Positions 1-7,287 of a stretch of 40,848 nt of DNA are shown here, piece after piece. The DNA is from a virus (taxonomy: Duplodnaviria > Caudoviricetes). The position numbers and the translations under genes were made by a program. Each line of letters starts with the position of its first letter. The first letter of the stretch is position 1. The stretch lies in IMG/VR virus record IMGVR_UViG_3300025018_000262, positions 1-40,848 of that record; one strand, 5' to 3'. Under the pieces are notes generated by a model. That model had not been told where the DNA came from, ran no database searches, and saw only the letters and a program-made list of their open reading frames with translations.

Positions 1-133
1 GGGGGCGGGGGTGGGGGCGTCGGCGACCGGGGCGGGCGACGGCGCCTTGGCGACGGGGAAGCGGCCGGACGGGCTGGCCTGGGCGGCGCCCTCGATCGGC
101 GCGGGCTTGACCTGCAGCGGCGCCTCGTCGCGC
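1..133 (+). repeat. Terminal direct repeat copy 1 (assembly circularity overlap)
   Basis: 1-133 matches 40716-40848 except position 7 G vs 40722 A. Confidence 0.95.
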
Positions 134-435
134 CCGCCGCCCATCAGGAACTCCTGCTGGGTGAGCAGCTGGCCGTTGGGTCCGAGGTGCATCTGGCTCG
201 CCGGTGCCGGGAGCTTGGCCAGCTTGGTGCTGATCGCCGCGCGGACGAGCATGCAGCCGCGCTCCTCGTCGGGCTCGATCTCGACCTCGCACAGGACCTT
301 GCACTTCTTCATGGTGACCTGGGCGCGGTCGATGGCCTGATGCACGGCGCGGGCGAAGTCGGCGTCGGCCGCGCCCTTCCCGATCTTGGAAAGGACCTCG
401 CTTGCGCGGTTGGCCTCGTGGAACTTGGTGGACAT
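1..435 (-). CDS. Hypothetical protein spanning the origin (149 aa, MSTKFHEANRASEVLSKIG...PAPVKKD; stop TGA at 40701-40703); usual upstream partner of DUF2303 (YfdP-like)
   Basis: Manual translation from ATG at 435 reads open through the repeat into 40715-40701; stop lies 3 nt before the DUF2303 ATG; missing from the ORF track because it wraps. Confidence 0.8.
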   Translation of the reverse strand, partial: MSTKFHEANRASEVLSKIGKGAADADFARAVHQAIDRAQVTMKKCKVLCEVEIEPDEERGCMLVRAAISTKLAKLPAPASQMHLGPNGQLLTQQEFLMGGGRDEAPLQVKPAPIEGAAQASPSGRFPVAKAPSPAPVADAPTPAP

Positions 436-439
436 GGTT

Positions 440-850
440 TTAGCTCTCCTGGGTGGCCGTTGATTCGGCCGGGGTGGTGATGTCTTCGACGTGGATCAGG
501 GTGCAGGGCTGGCCGGTAGGCGAGGCGCTGACGACGCCCTGCTCGTAGGTGATCGAGGCCATTCCGTCGCGGTCATCGACCAGCAACCCGGCGTCGACCA
601 GGCCGTCGATGCACGCCTTCATTCCGCCGATCAGGTTGGCGATGTCGCGGCAGCGCTGCTTGCGGTAGGCGATGATGTGCAGCCGGCGCGGTCCGGTGGC
701 CTTCTGGATCGCCAGCAGGATCATCTGCGAGGCGGCCATCATGCGCCAGTTGGCGCGCGTGGTCTTGGTGTGGCCGGCACGGGCGCGCCAGGTGCGACCG
801 CCGAGGTTGTTCTGGCTCGGGGCTTCTAGGGGGATGCGCAGGACGGTCAT
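440..850 (-). CDS. rusA: RusA-like Holliday junction resolvase
   Basis: PSQN near the N-terminus and RDIANLIGGMKACIDGLVDAGLLVDD resemble the RusA acidic/Lys motif; ATG at 850 overlaps the upstream stop. Confidence 0.65.
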   Translation of the reverse strand: MTVLRIPLEAPSQNNLGGRTWRARAGHTKTTRANWRMMAASQMILLAIQKATGPRRLHIIAYRKQRCRDIANLIGGMKACIDGLVDAGLLVDDRDGMASITYEQGVVSASPTGQPCTLIHVEDITTPAESTATQES

Positions 851-1125
851 AGCAGGATGGTGATCAGGCGGACGGTCTTGCCGGTGACGGGGCACTTGAT
901 CTTGCCGGCCTCGGTCAGCAGGCCCTCGTCGCGCAGGTGGGTGATGATCGGGCGCACCGCGTTCATGTCCTGAAAGCGCAGCGCGGTGGCGAGCTCTCGG
1001 TCGGTCAGCGCCACGGTGGAGCCGCGGTAGACATCGAAGACGGCGCGCTGGCGGTCGGTCAGGTCCAGCGTGGCGAAGGACGCCAGGCTGTTGCCGTGCA
1101 AGGTGTGGCTGGCGTGCTCGCCCAT
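847..1125 (-). CDS. Winged-helix DNA-binding protein
   Basis: LTDRELATAL...NAVRPIITHLRDEGLL wHTH pattern. Confidence 0.6.
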   Translation of the reverse strand: MGEHASHTLHGNSLASFATLDLTDRQRAVFDVYRGSTVALTDRELATALRFQDMNAVRPIITHLRDEGLLTEAGKIKCPVTGKTVRLITILL

Positions 1126-1128
1126 GGG

Positions 1129-1377
1129 TCAGCCCTTCACCAGCTTGGCCAGGTCGCCCGCGATCGCGGGGTCTTCCAGGTAGGTGGCCAGAGCGTTGAT
1201 CAGGGCGGGCTGTTCACTCGCCTTGGCCACGAGACGACCGGCGACCAGTTCGCCGCGCATCCAGTCGAGGTACAGCAGGCCGGCGTCGGTCTCGGCGACT
1301 TTGTCGATGGGCTGGTTGAAGTGCTTGCCGAACGGGATGCGATGGGCCGCGGCGGCGCGGAAGGCGTCGGTACTCAT
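1129..1377 (-). CDS. Small protein with PFGKH...YLDW motif (DUF3820/ExoX C-terminal-like)
   Basis: MSTDAFRAAAAHRIPFGKHFNQPIDKV...LLYLDW; ATGA overlap with the upstream gene. Confidence 0.6.
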   Translation of the reverse strand: MSTDAFRAAAAHRIPFGKHFNQPIDKVAETDAGLLYLDWMRGELVAGRLVAKASEQPALINALATYLEDPAIAGDLAKLVKG

Positions 1378-2534
1378 GCCGCCCTCTTGCTGCTCTTGTC
1401 CTGCGTCAAAGGCGGCGAGGACAGCTTCTCGGTGATGCGCGCAGCGATGACCGCCTCGGCCGCGTCGGGCAGGTTTCCGACCTTGATGGTCAGGGCGTCG
1501 GCCTGGGCCAGGTCGGTGGCCTTGATGCCGGCGGCCTCCAGCTCGGCGAGCGCGGCCGGGATGTCGACCACGCTGCGGGTGGCGCGCGGCGTGCCCAGCT
1601 TCCAACCGGGGACGTTGTTGCCGGCCAGCAGGTGCGCCTTGCCCAGCTCCTTGCCGGTATCGGCGAACTTCTCGGCCAGCTTGGCGGCGTCGATCAGGTC
1701 GGCGAAGCCGGGACCGTCGAGCGGCGCGCAGGTGGAGAGGGCTTCCTGGGCATCCATGATGTACCTCGTCGCTTCGGGGCAGCGGTGCAGGGCTTTGCAG
1801 TAGACGCACTGGCTGTAGCCGGCGTGCAGCTGCGGGGTGGCAGAGCGGGAGCGATTGAGGACGGCGACGGTCCAGGCGCGGTTGGCGCGCAGGGTGTCGG
1901 CGTCGTAGGTGGCGCCGGTGCGGCGGTGTTCCTTGGGGGCGCGCGGCTGCACCAGCCAGACCAGGACCTCCTTGGCGTTGAAGGTCTCGGCCGCGGCGGC
2001 GGCGTAGGCCTGGGTCTGGTCGTGGTCGTCGGCTTCGCCCTGGTCGATGAATCCCAGCTTCCAGTCGATGACGATCGCCAGCTCGCCGGGGATCACGAGG
2101 ACCAGGTCGGCGGTGCCCTTGCGCTGGAAGCCGAGGGCGGCCATGTCCAGCGGGTGCTCGGTCAGGACGTTGTCGACCTCGATGCCGTGCTTGGCGATCA
2201 GGTCGCGGGCGAACTCCAGGCAGGACTGGATGCAACGGACCGTCCAGGCGTCGACGCCAGCCTCGGCCGCTTCGTTGCAGGCCAGGGCGATGGTGTCGCC
2301 CCAGGCGGCGCCGTGCTCGCCGGTGTCCTGCGCCATCTTCCAGCCCTCGATCGCCTTGGCGATGCGGTCGTGGCCATCGGTCCCCAGGTCGGCCAGGTCC
2401 GACGCCGGCGGCTCGCCGTCGAGCATCAGGACATGGGCCTGCATCAGGGGCGCGCCCTCGCAGGCGGCGAGCTGCGACAGGGCCGAGGGGCGGCGGAACT
2501 TCTCGGCCTGCTGCTGAAGGGTGGCGCTGATCAC
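1374..2534 (-). CDS. PD-(D/E)XK exonuclease, Cas4-like/DUF2800 family
   Basis: RPSAL...C, GTADLV, IVIDWKLG, QTQAYA, CVYC...C; GTG start overlaps upstream TGA; near recT. Confidence 0.8.
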   Translation of the reverse strand: MISATLQQQAEKFRRPSALSQLAACEGAPLMQAHVLMLDGEPPASDLADLGTDGHDRIAKAIEGWKMAQDTGEHGAAWGDTIALACNEAAEAGVDAWTVRCIQSCLEFARDLIAKHGIEVDNVLTEHPLDMAALGFQRKGTADLVLVIPGELAIVIDWKLGFIDQGEADDHDQTQAYAAAAAETFNAKEVLVWLVQPRAPKEHRRTGATYDADTLRANRAWTVAVLNRSRSATPQLHAGYSQCVYCKALHRCPEATRYIMDAQEALSTCAPLDGPGFADLIDAAKLAEKFADTGKELGKAHLLAGNNVPGWKLGTPRATRSVVDIPAALAELEAAGIKATDLAQADALTIKVGNLPDAAEAVIAARITEKLSSPPLTQDKSSKRAA

Positions 2535-2758
2535 GGCAGGGCCTGCGCTTCCGCGCGTGCGGCCTCGACATCCTTGGACCACTGCTCGGCCTCGGCCAGG
2601 ATCTGGCGGCAGGTGCGACCGCTCTGGCCGTACTCGGCGTCCAGATTCATCTTTGATCCATCGCCGAACTGACGACGCGCACGGAACAGGTTGTCCGATG
2701 CGTTAGCCGATTCGCTGGCGAGCGCTCCCAGGATGACCTTCTTGGTTGCAGGGCTCAC
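2531..2758 (-). CDS. Hypothetical protein (75 aa)
   Basis: GTGA coupling at both ends; protein-like composition (VSPATKKVILGAL...). Confidence 0.6.
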   Translation of the reverse strand: MSPATKKVILGALASESANASDNLFRARRQFGDGSKMNLDAEYGQSGRTCRQILAEAEQWSKDVEAARAEAQALP

Positions 2759-3558
2759 CGCTGCCTCGCCGTCGCCAGTTGCTCCTGCATTTCGATGTGA
2801 GCCCCGGCGACAGTTGCCCCGGCCTCGATCGCGCGCTTGACCGCGGCGCGGTCGATCGTGCGCAGCTCCTGGCCGCCGACATAAGCCGGCACCAGCTTGG
2901 GGTCGTCGATGACCAGGACCGGCACGTTGCGGACTTGGACGGCGGACGGCTTGGCCGGCTCGACCACGGCGACCGGGGACGGTGCGGGCGTGGCGGGCAG
3001 CTCGATCTTGGGCGCCGGCGCGACCTCCACGGGCTTGGCCTCGACCGGCTGGCCCAGGATCTCGGCCAGCTCGGCGGCTTCCTGCTTGGCCTTCGCCTCT
3101 GCGGCGGCGACCTCCTGGCGGTGCTTCTCGTCGGCCTCGGCCTGAAGCCGGGCGCGCTCCTTCTCGGCCGCCTCCCGCTCCAGCCGCGCCTTCTCCTCGG
3201 CCTCGCGCCGGATGGCGTCGGCCTTCGCCTTCTCTGCCGCCTCGTACTTGGCGACCTTTCCCTGCATCGCCTTCTTGGCCAGGTCCAGGGGATCGGCGAG
3301 GCTGGCGACCACGCCGTCGATGGCCTTGCCCAGCTCGGTGATCGGCTTCTTCAGCTTCACCCGCGCCGCCTCCAGGTCCTTCAGGGCCTGGTGCGACTCC
3401 AGCAGCATGCGCGTGCCGGCCTCGTGGGTCGCGGCGTCGACCACGTCCAGGTGCTTGATGGCGATGGCCAGCGTCTGCGCCTTGTTGCCCAGCTCGTCGG
3501 GGACGACCTGCAGCGGGGCGGCGATCTGGTGCGAGACGGTCAGGGCGGGGGCGGTCAC
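2755..3558 (-). CDS. Coiled-coil protein with Siphovirus Gp157-like C-terminus
   Basis: Long EAK-rich helix; C-terminal LVPAYV...IDRAAVKRAIEAGATVAGAHIE; between recT and the exonuclease. Confidence 0.55.
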   Translation of the reverse strand: MTAPALTVSHQIAAPLQVVPDELGNKAQTLAIAIKHLDVVDAATHEAGTRMLLESHQALKDLEAARVKLKKPITELGKAIDGVVASLADPLDLAKKAMQGKVAKYEAAEKAKADAIRREAEEKARLEREAAEKERARLQAEADEKHRQEVAAAEAKAKQEAAELAEILGQPVEAKPVEVAPAPKIELPATPAPSPVAVVEPAKPSAVQVRNVPVLVIDDPKLVPAYVGGQELRTIDRAAVKRAIEAGATVAGAHIEMQEQLATARQR

Positions 3559-4562
3559 TTGCCACCGTCCTTCTGCGCGTTCTCGACCTCGATCAGGAAG
3601 GCCTCGCGGTCGTCTTCGCCGGCGCCGGCCAGGTCGGCGATCTGGCCCAGGTTCCAGGCGGCGCGGATGGCCTTGGCCTTGGCACGGCACTCGCCGGGGC
3701 CGTTCCACAGGCCCTGGTAGGCCTTGATGCAGGCGTCGACGCTGGTGTCGCGCTTGACCGGCGCGGTGTCCTTGGCCTGGGCGTCGGCGACGTGCTCGCC
3801 CAAGGTCTTGGTCTCGGCCGACTGCCCCGCGGCGGGATCCGTGCTGCCAGCGGCCGGAGCCGCCCCGGTGTCCGTTCCGGTTTCGACAGGCGCAGGATCA
3901 ACCGCCGCGGGGGCCGTGGTCGTTTCGATGATGCGGGCCTTGGCCGGGCGCGGCTCGCTGCGGACGGTGGCCTCGACCTCGCGCGGCTCCACGTCTTCCA
4001 TTTCCTCGCGGCTGTGGAAGCCGGCCAGAGCATCGCCGAAGGCGCCACGCAGGGCGAAGGCGCGGGCGCGCATCATCATCATCCGCTGGGGCTGGGCGCT
4101 CCACGGGCCCTGCTTGCCCCACAGCCCGGCCTTCTTCGCGTCGGCCACGCTGAAGGTCTCGGTCTTGGGCTTCCGGCCCTTGCGCATCACGGTGCAGTGG
4201 GCGGTGAAGTCGTCGTCGTACTTCTTGCCGGTCCACTCCTCGACGAAGTCCTCCCAGGCCGGGTGGTTCTGGCAGACGGCCAGCAGCGCATCGCCGAACA
4301 GCGAGGGCCGGCCGTTCACCACGGCGATGCCATGAATCGCGGTGAAGGGGTCGAGGCCAAGGCGCGCGCCCATGGCGACCGCGACCACGATGGCGGCCGG
4401 ACCCTTGCAGTCCTTGGGGCCGAAGCCGCTGTCGATGATCACCTTGCCGGCGGCGAGCGCTTCTGGCAGGGCGGCGGTGATGCCGCCCATCCAGGCGGGC
4501 AGGGTGTGGCCGGTCGGGGAGACGACGGACAGAGCGGTGGAAGGGGATGCGGATGCGGTCAC
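3555..4562 (-). CDS. recT: RecT/ERF-type ssDNA annealing protein
   Basis: GARLGLDPFTAIHGIAVVNGRPSL, AKKAGLWGK.GPW..QPQRMMMMRA..FALR..F.D.LAG; likely start GTG 4562 after GAGG (ORF open to 4592). Confidence 0.8.
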   Translation of the reverse strand: MTASASPSTALSVVSPTGHTLPAWMGGITAALPEALAAGKVIIDSGFGPKDCKGPAAIVVAVAMGARLGLDPFTAIHGIAVVNGRPSLFGDALLAVCQNHPAWEDFVEEWTGKKYDDDFTAHCTVMRKGRKPKTETFSVADAKKAGLWGKQGPWSAQPQRMMMMRARAFALRGAFGDALAGFHSREEMEDVEPREVEATVRSEPRPAKARIIETTTAPAAVDPAPVETGTDTGAAPAAGSTDPAAGQSAETKTLGEHVADAQAKDTAPVKRDTSVDACIKAYQGLWNGPGECRAKAKAIRAAWNLGQIADLAGAGEDDREAFLIEVENAQKDGGK

Positions 4563-4746
4563 GGGAACCTCGTTGGTTGGGGTGGCGGACACCTGCCGGC
4601 GTCCTCTGACACTGAACCCCAGGGCGGCGGACCGACCTGGGGGGCGTGGTTGCTTGTGGGGCGAGGCTTCCGGCCTCGGCGCGTCGGCTCATCGCCTCCC
4701 CCGTTCCCCTGCCCCGCGGACGCGCGACTGGGTTGGGTGGTGGCGT

Positions 4747-5067
4747 TCAGCGACCGCGCGGGCTGACCATCGGCGCAAGGGCCATGGCGATCAGCGAGCC
4801 GATCATGCCGCGCATGCCGAAGCGGCGCGCGGGCGGTACGAGTTCGCGCTGTGGTTCGAGACGGCGCGCGATCTGCCGCGGCGCCACGGGCGCGACCGGC
4901 TCGGCCTTGGCGAAGATTTCCGGGTGACGGTCGCGCAGGTTGCGGCCCAGGTCGGCGGCGCCGTCGCCGTGGTGGTTGAAGCGCGGACGCGAGGCGTCGG
5001 CGTGCTGGCGGATGGCGCGCTTCTCGGCGCGGGCAGTGCGGTGCTGCAGAGGGGTCAGGGTGGGCAT
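4747..5067 (-). CDS. Hypothetical protein
   Basis: ATG 5067 after an A/C-rich leader; operon context. Confidence 0.5.
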   Translation of the reverse strand: MPTLTPLQHRTARAEKRAIRQHADASRPRFNHHGDGAADLGRNLRDRHPEIFAKAEPVAPVAPRQIARRLEPQRELVPPARRFGMRGMIGSLIAMALAPMVSPRGR

Positions 5068-5084
5068 GGGGTTCTCGTGGTGGG

Positions 5085-5507
5085 TCAGTTGGCGAGGTAG
5101 GCGGCGCCGAAGGCGGCAGAACCGCAGGCGATCAACTCGGCGAGGCCGATGCCCAGCAGGGCGGCGATGGCCAGGCCGACGACCAGGGCCAGGTCGTGCG
5201 CGCCGGTCTCGATCTCGGCGCCGCTGCGGCCTTGGCCGCCCTTGATTCCAGGCATGCTCGGCTTGCTGGTCACGGTGATCCGACGGACGGGGCGCAGCTC
5301 GACCTGGTCGTCGCCGATGATGTCGCCGGGCACCAACCGCGGGGCGAGGCGGGCGACCTGCGCGAAGCGCTCGGCCTCGCTCGTGGTCAGCTCGCGGCCC
5401 AGCTTCTCCTCGACGAAGGCGATGGCCTGGCGGCGCTCGTCGAGCGGCAGGTGCTGCTCGCTGGCCTTGCGAAGTTTGTCGGCGTTCACGAAAGGGATCA
5501 GGCGCAT
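5085..5507 (-). CDS. Hypothetical protein with C-terminal TM segment
   Basis: MRLIPFVNADK...; hydrophobic LALVVGLAIAALLGIGLAELIA. Confidence 0.6.
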   Translation of the reverse strand: MRLIPFVNADKLRKASEQHLPLDERRQAIAFVEEKLGRELTTSEAERFAQVARLAPRLVPGDIIGDDQVELRPVRRITVTSKPSMPGIKGGQGRSGAEIETGAHDLALVVGLAIAALLGIGLAELIACGSAAFGAAYLAN

Positions 5508-5671
5508 GGTGCTTCCTCGGTTTCGGGTTCGTCGAGCGGGACGCCGCACCTGGGGCAACCCCCACAGAGCCCATCACTGCACGAGAGGGCGCGCTCGCGG
5601 CGCGGCCGGTGGTAGGCGCGCAGCTCGGCGGCAGTCAGCACGTCCTCGGGGGCCAGGTCGTCGCGGCTCAA
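5498..5671 (-). CDS. Small Cys-rich putative zinc-binding protein (57 aa)
   Basis: TTG start overlaps upstream TGA; ...ALSCSDGLCGGCPRCGVPLDE...; fills the gap exactly. Confidence 0.5.
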   Translation of the reverse strand: MSRDDLAPEDVLTAAELRAYHRPRRERALSCSDGLCGGCPRCGVPLDEPETEEAPCA

Positions 5672-5808
5672 GCGGCACCGACCTTGCGGCGCTGCTGCCG
5701 GCGGACCTTGGCGCCCAGGCGTGCGAGGGCGGCCAGCGTGTGGTCGAAGCCCAGGCCGGCCGGGCGCGGTACGATGACGATCTCGACGGGCAGGCGCTTG
5801 GGGGCCAT
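5668..5808 (-). CDS. Small basic protein (46 aa) directly after cro
   Basis: TAATG coupling to the cro stop; MAPKRLPVEIVIVPRP... Confidence 0.5.
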   Translation of the reverse strand: MAPKRLPVEIVIVPRPAGLGFDHTLAALARLGAKVRRQQRRKVGAA

Positions 5809-6026
5809 TAGGCGGCCCGCCCGCGGTAGAGGGCCAGCAGCAGGGCGTCGGCCTTCATGCCGACCGCCTTGGCCAGGCTGTTGACGTCCGACTGCTTGCG
5901 GGGGATCGATTGGCCGGTCAGCCAGCGATGCACGGAGCTGACTCCGCGATCGGCGGCGGCGGCGATCTCCTCGTAGGTCTTTCCGCGCAGGTCGACCAGC
6001 GGCTTGTGAATGTCTTGCTTGCGCAT
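5808..6026 (-). CDS. cro: Cro-like XRE HTH regulator
   Basis: TYEEIAAAADRGVSSVHRWLTG HTH; divergent from CI. Confidence 0.8.
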   Translation of the reverse strand: MRKQDIHKPLVDLRGKTYEEIAAAADRGVSSVHRWLTGQSIPRKQSDVNSLAKAVGMKADALLLALYRGRAA

Positions 6027-6027
6027 G

Positions 6028-6136
6028 CTCCCAAATATTGGGAAACAAGTCTACAGCGCAAGATCATATTTCCCAAATAGCAGGAACTGAACCTAAAACA
6101 GCTTCATTTGCAAATCTATTTCCCGATAGTTGGGAA
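6028..6136. promoter_or_regulatory. Genetic switch with three 17-bp operators (consensus TTCCCAA-N3-TTGGGAA)
   Basis: CTCCCAAATATTGGGAA 6028-6044, TTCCCAAATAGCAGGAA 6070-6086, TTCCCGATAGTTGGGAA 6120-6136 in the AT-rich cro/cI gap. Confidence 0.85.
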
Positions 6137-6137
6137 T

Positions 6138-6755
6138 ATGGCGCACCTCTCCTTCCCCCTTTGCCCGGAACTTTTCGACCGCATCGAGGCGTTGCGGAAG
6201 TCAAAAAAGATTACGTATGAGCTTATGGCCGAACAACTTGGGATCGGCCTAAACACAGTTGGCCAACGTCTGCGGTCGAAGAACCTGCCCAGCTACCTGG
6301 ACCAGTTCGCCGAGGTCCTGGGAACCACGGCCGCGGCCCTGCGCGGCGACAGTGTGTCAAACAAGTCAGAGCTGGCCTACGCTGGCCAGGTGACTGCCGG
6401 CGGCGGCTACGTCACGGAGAGCCAGGACGCGGACGACTGGAAGCCGGTCCCGTTGCGCCCAGGTTGGCGGCTGGTGAAGATCGAGGGCGACAGCGGCCTG
6501 CCGATCGTCTGGCCTGGGCAGTCGGTGATCGTCGACACCGATGGCGCGCGCACTCCTCCCAAGCACAACCGGATCGTGGTGGTGCAAACGAAGGACGGCC
6601 GCGCCTTCTGCAAACGGTGGTGCGATGCTGGCGACGGGCATATCGTCCTGGCTTCGCTGAACACCGGGGCGGACTCTGTTGCCATCCATACCGATGATGT
6701 GGCAAGCGTGGCCGTGGTCGTTGGGACGCTCTACACCGACAGCGTGGCACGATGA
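6138..6755 (+). CDS. cI: CI-like repressor (HTH plus S24 autopeptidase)
   Basis: N-terminal HTH (TYELMAEQLGIGLNTVGQRL), Ala-Gly site GQVTAGGG, Ser in GDSG.P, Lys in FCKR. Confidence 0.9.
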   Translation: MAHLSFPLCPELFDRIEALRKSKKITYELMAEQLGIGLNTVGQRLRSKNLPSYLDQFAEVLGTTAAALRGDSVSNKSELAYAGQVTAGGGYVTESQDADDWKPVPLRPGWRLVKIEGDSGLPIVWPGQSVIVDTDGARTPPKHNRIVVVQTKDGRAFCKRWCDAGDGHIVLASLNTGADSVAIHTDDVASVAVVVGTLYTDSVAR

Positions 6756-7141
6756 GCCGCGCCCTGATCATCATGGCGGCGCTCTGCTGCGCTGGCTGCT
6801 TCGGTCCGTTTCGCGTGACCGGAGGCCCTGACGACGGATCGCCGAAGTTGTGGCCCGGCGAGCTTGAGGCGGCGCGCGTCATCGTGCTGCGCTCGGCCGA
6901 CGACCAGGCCAAGGGGTCCGATCCGGTCGCAGTTGCTGCCGCGGTGGCGGTGCGGCAGGCTGCTGACCAGCTGGAGCGCGCGTCCATCATCTGGCGCGAC
7001 GAGACCCTGCCGAACAGCTACGGGAACGGGGCCGACCTGCAGCGCAACGATCGGGACCGGCGCAGCTGGATGGAGCGGAGGCGCGAGGAGCTGGAGCGCG
7101 AAGCGGCGCAACGGATTGCCAGCCAGCGGGGCCAGCCATGA
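6752..7141 (+). CDS. Putative lipoprotein
   Basis: MSRALIIMAALCCAGC signal/lipobox; coupled to cI by ATGA. Confidence 0.6.
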   Translation: MSRALIIMAALCCAGCFGPFRVTGGPDDGSPKLWPGELEAARVIVLRSADDQAKGSDPVAVAAAVAVRQAADQLERASIIWRDETLPNSYGNGADLQRNDRDRRSWMERRREELEREAAQRIASQRGQP

Positions 7142-7287
7142 AGGCGCTGTGGTTCGTTGGCATGATCGTAGCCCTATCGGTGGCGATCGCGGCCGGGCAG
7201 CACGGCGGCGTTGTCGGCTGGCTGATCTGCGCCCTGGCGGTCTTCGCCTTCATGGTCGCCGGCGGATACATGATGGGCAGCAAGTGA
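7138..7287 (+). CDS. Small 2-TM membrane protein (49 aa)
   Basis: MKALWFVGMIVALSVAIAAGQHGGVVGWLICALAVFAFMVAGGYMMGSK; ATGA and GTGA overlaps on both sides. Confidence 0.65.
   Translation: MKALWFVGMIVALSVAIAAGQHGGVVGWLICALAVFAFMVAGGYMMGSK

Noticed and set aside
1374-2534. CRISPR-Cas locus suggested by the Cas4-like nuclease
   Set aside because: No repeat-spacer array or other cas genes; context fits a RecT-partner exonuclease
1129-3708. Long track versions of ORFs 1129-2571, 2531-3565 and 2755-3708
   Set aside because: Arg/Pro-rich extensions overlap real genes; true starts are the coupled ATG/GTG codons downstream
6864-7283. N-terminal extension of the integrase (661-aa track ORF)
   Set aside because: Region is explained by two other ORFs; the catalytic domain starts just after GTG 7284
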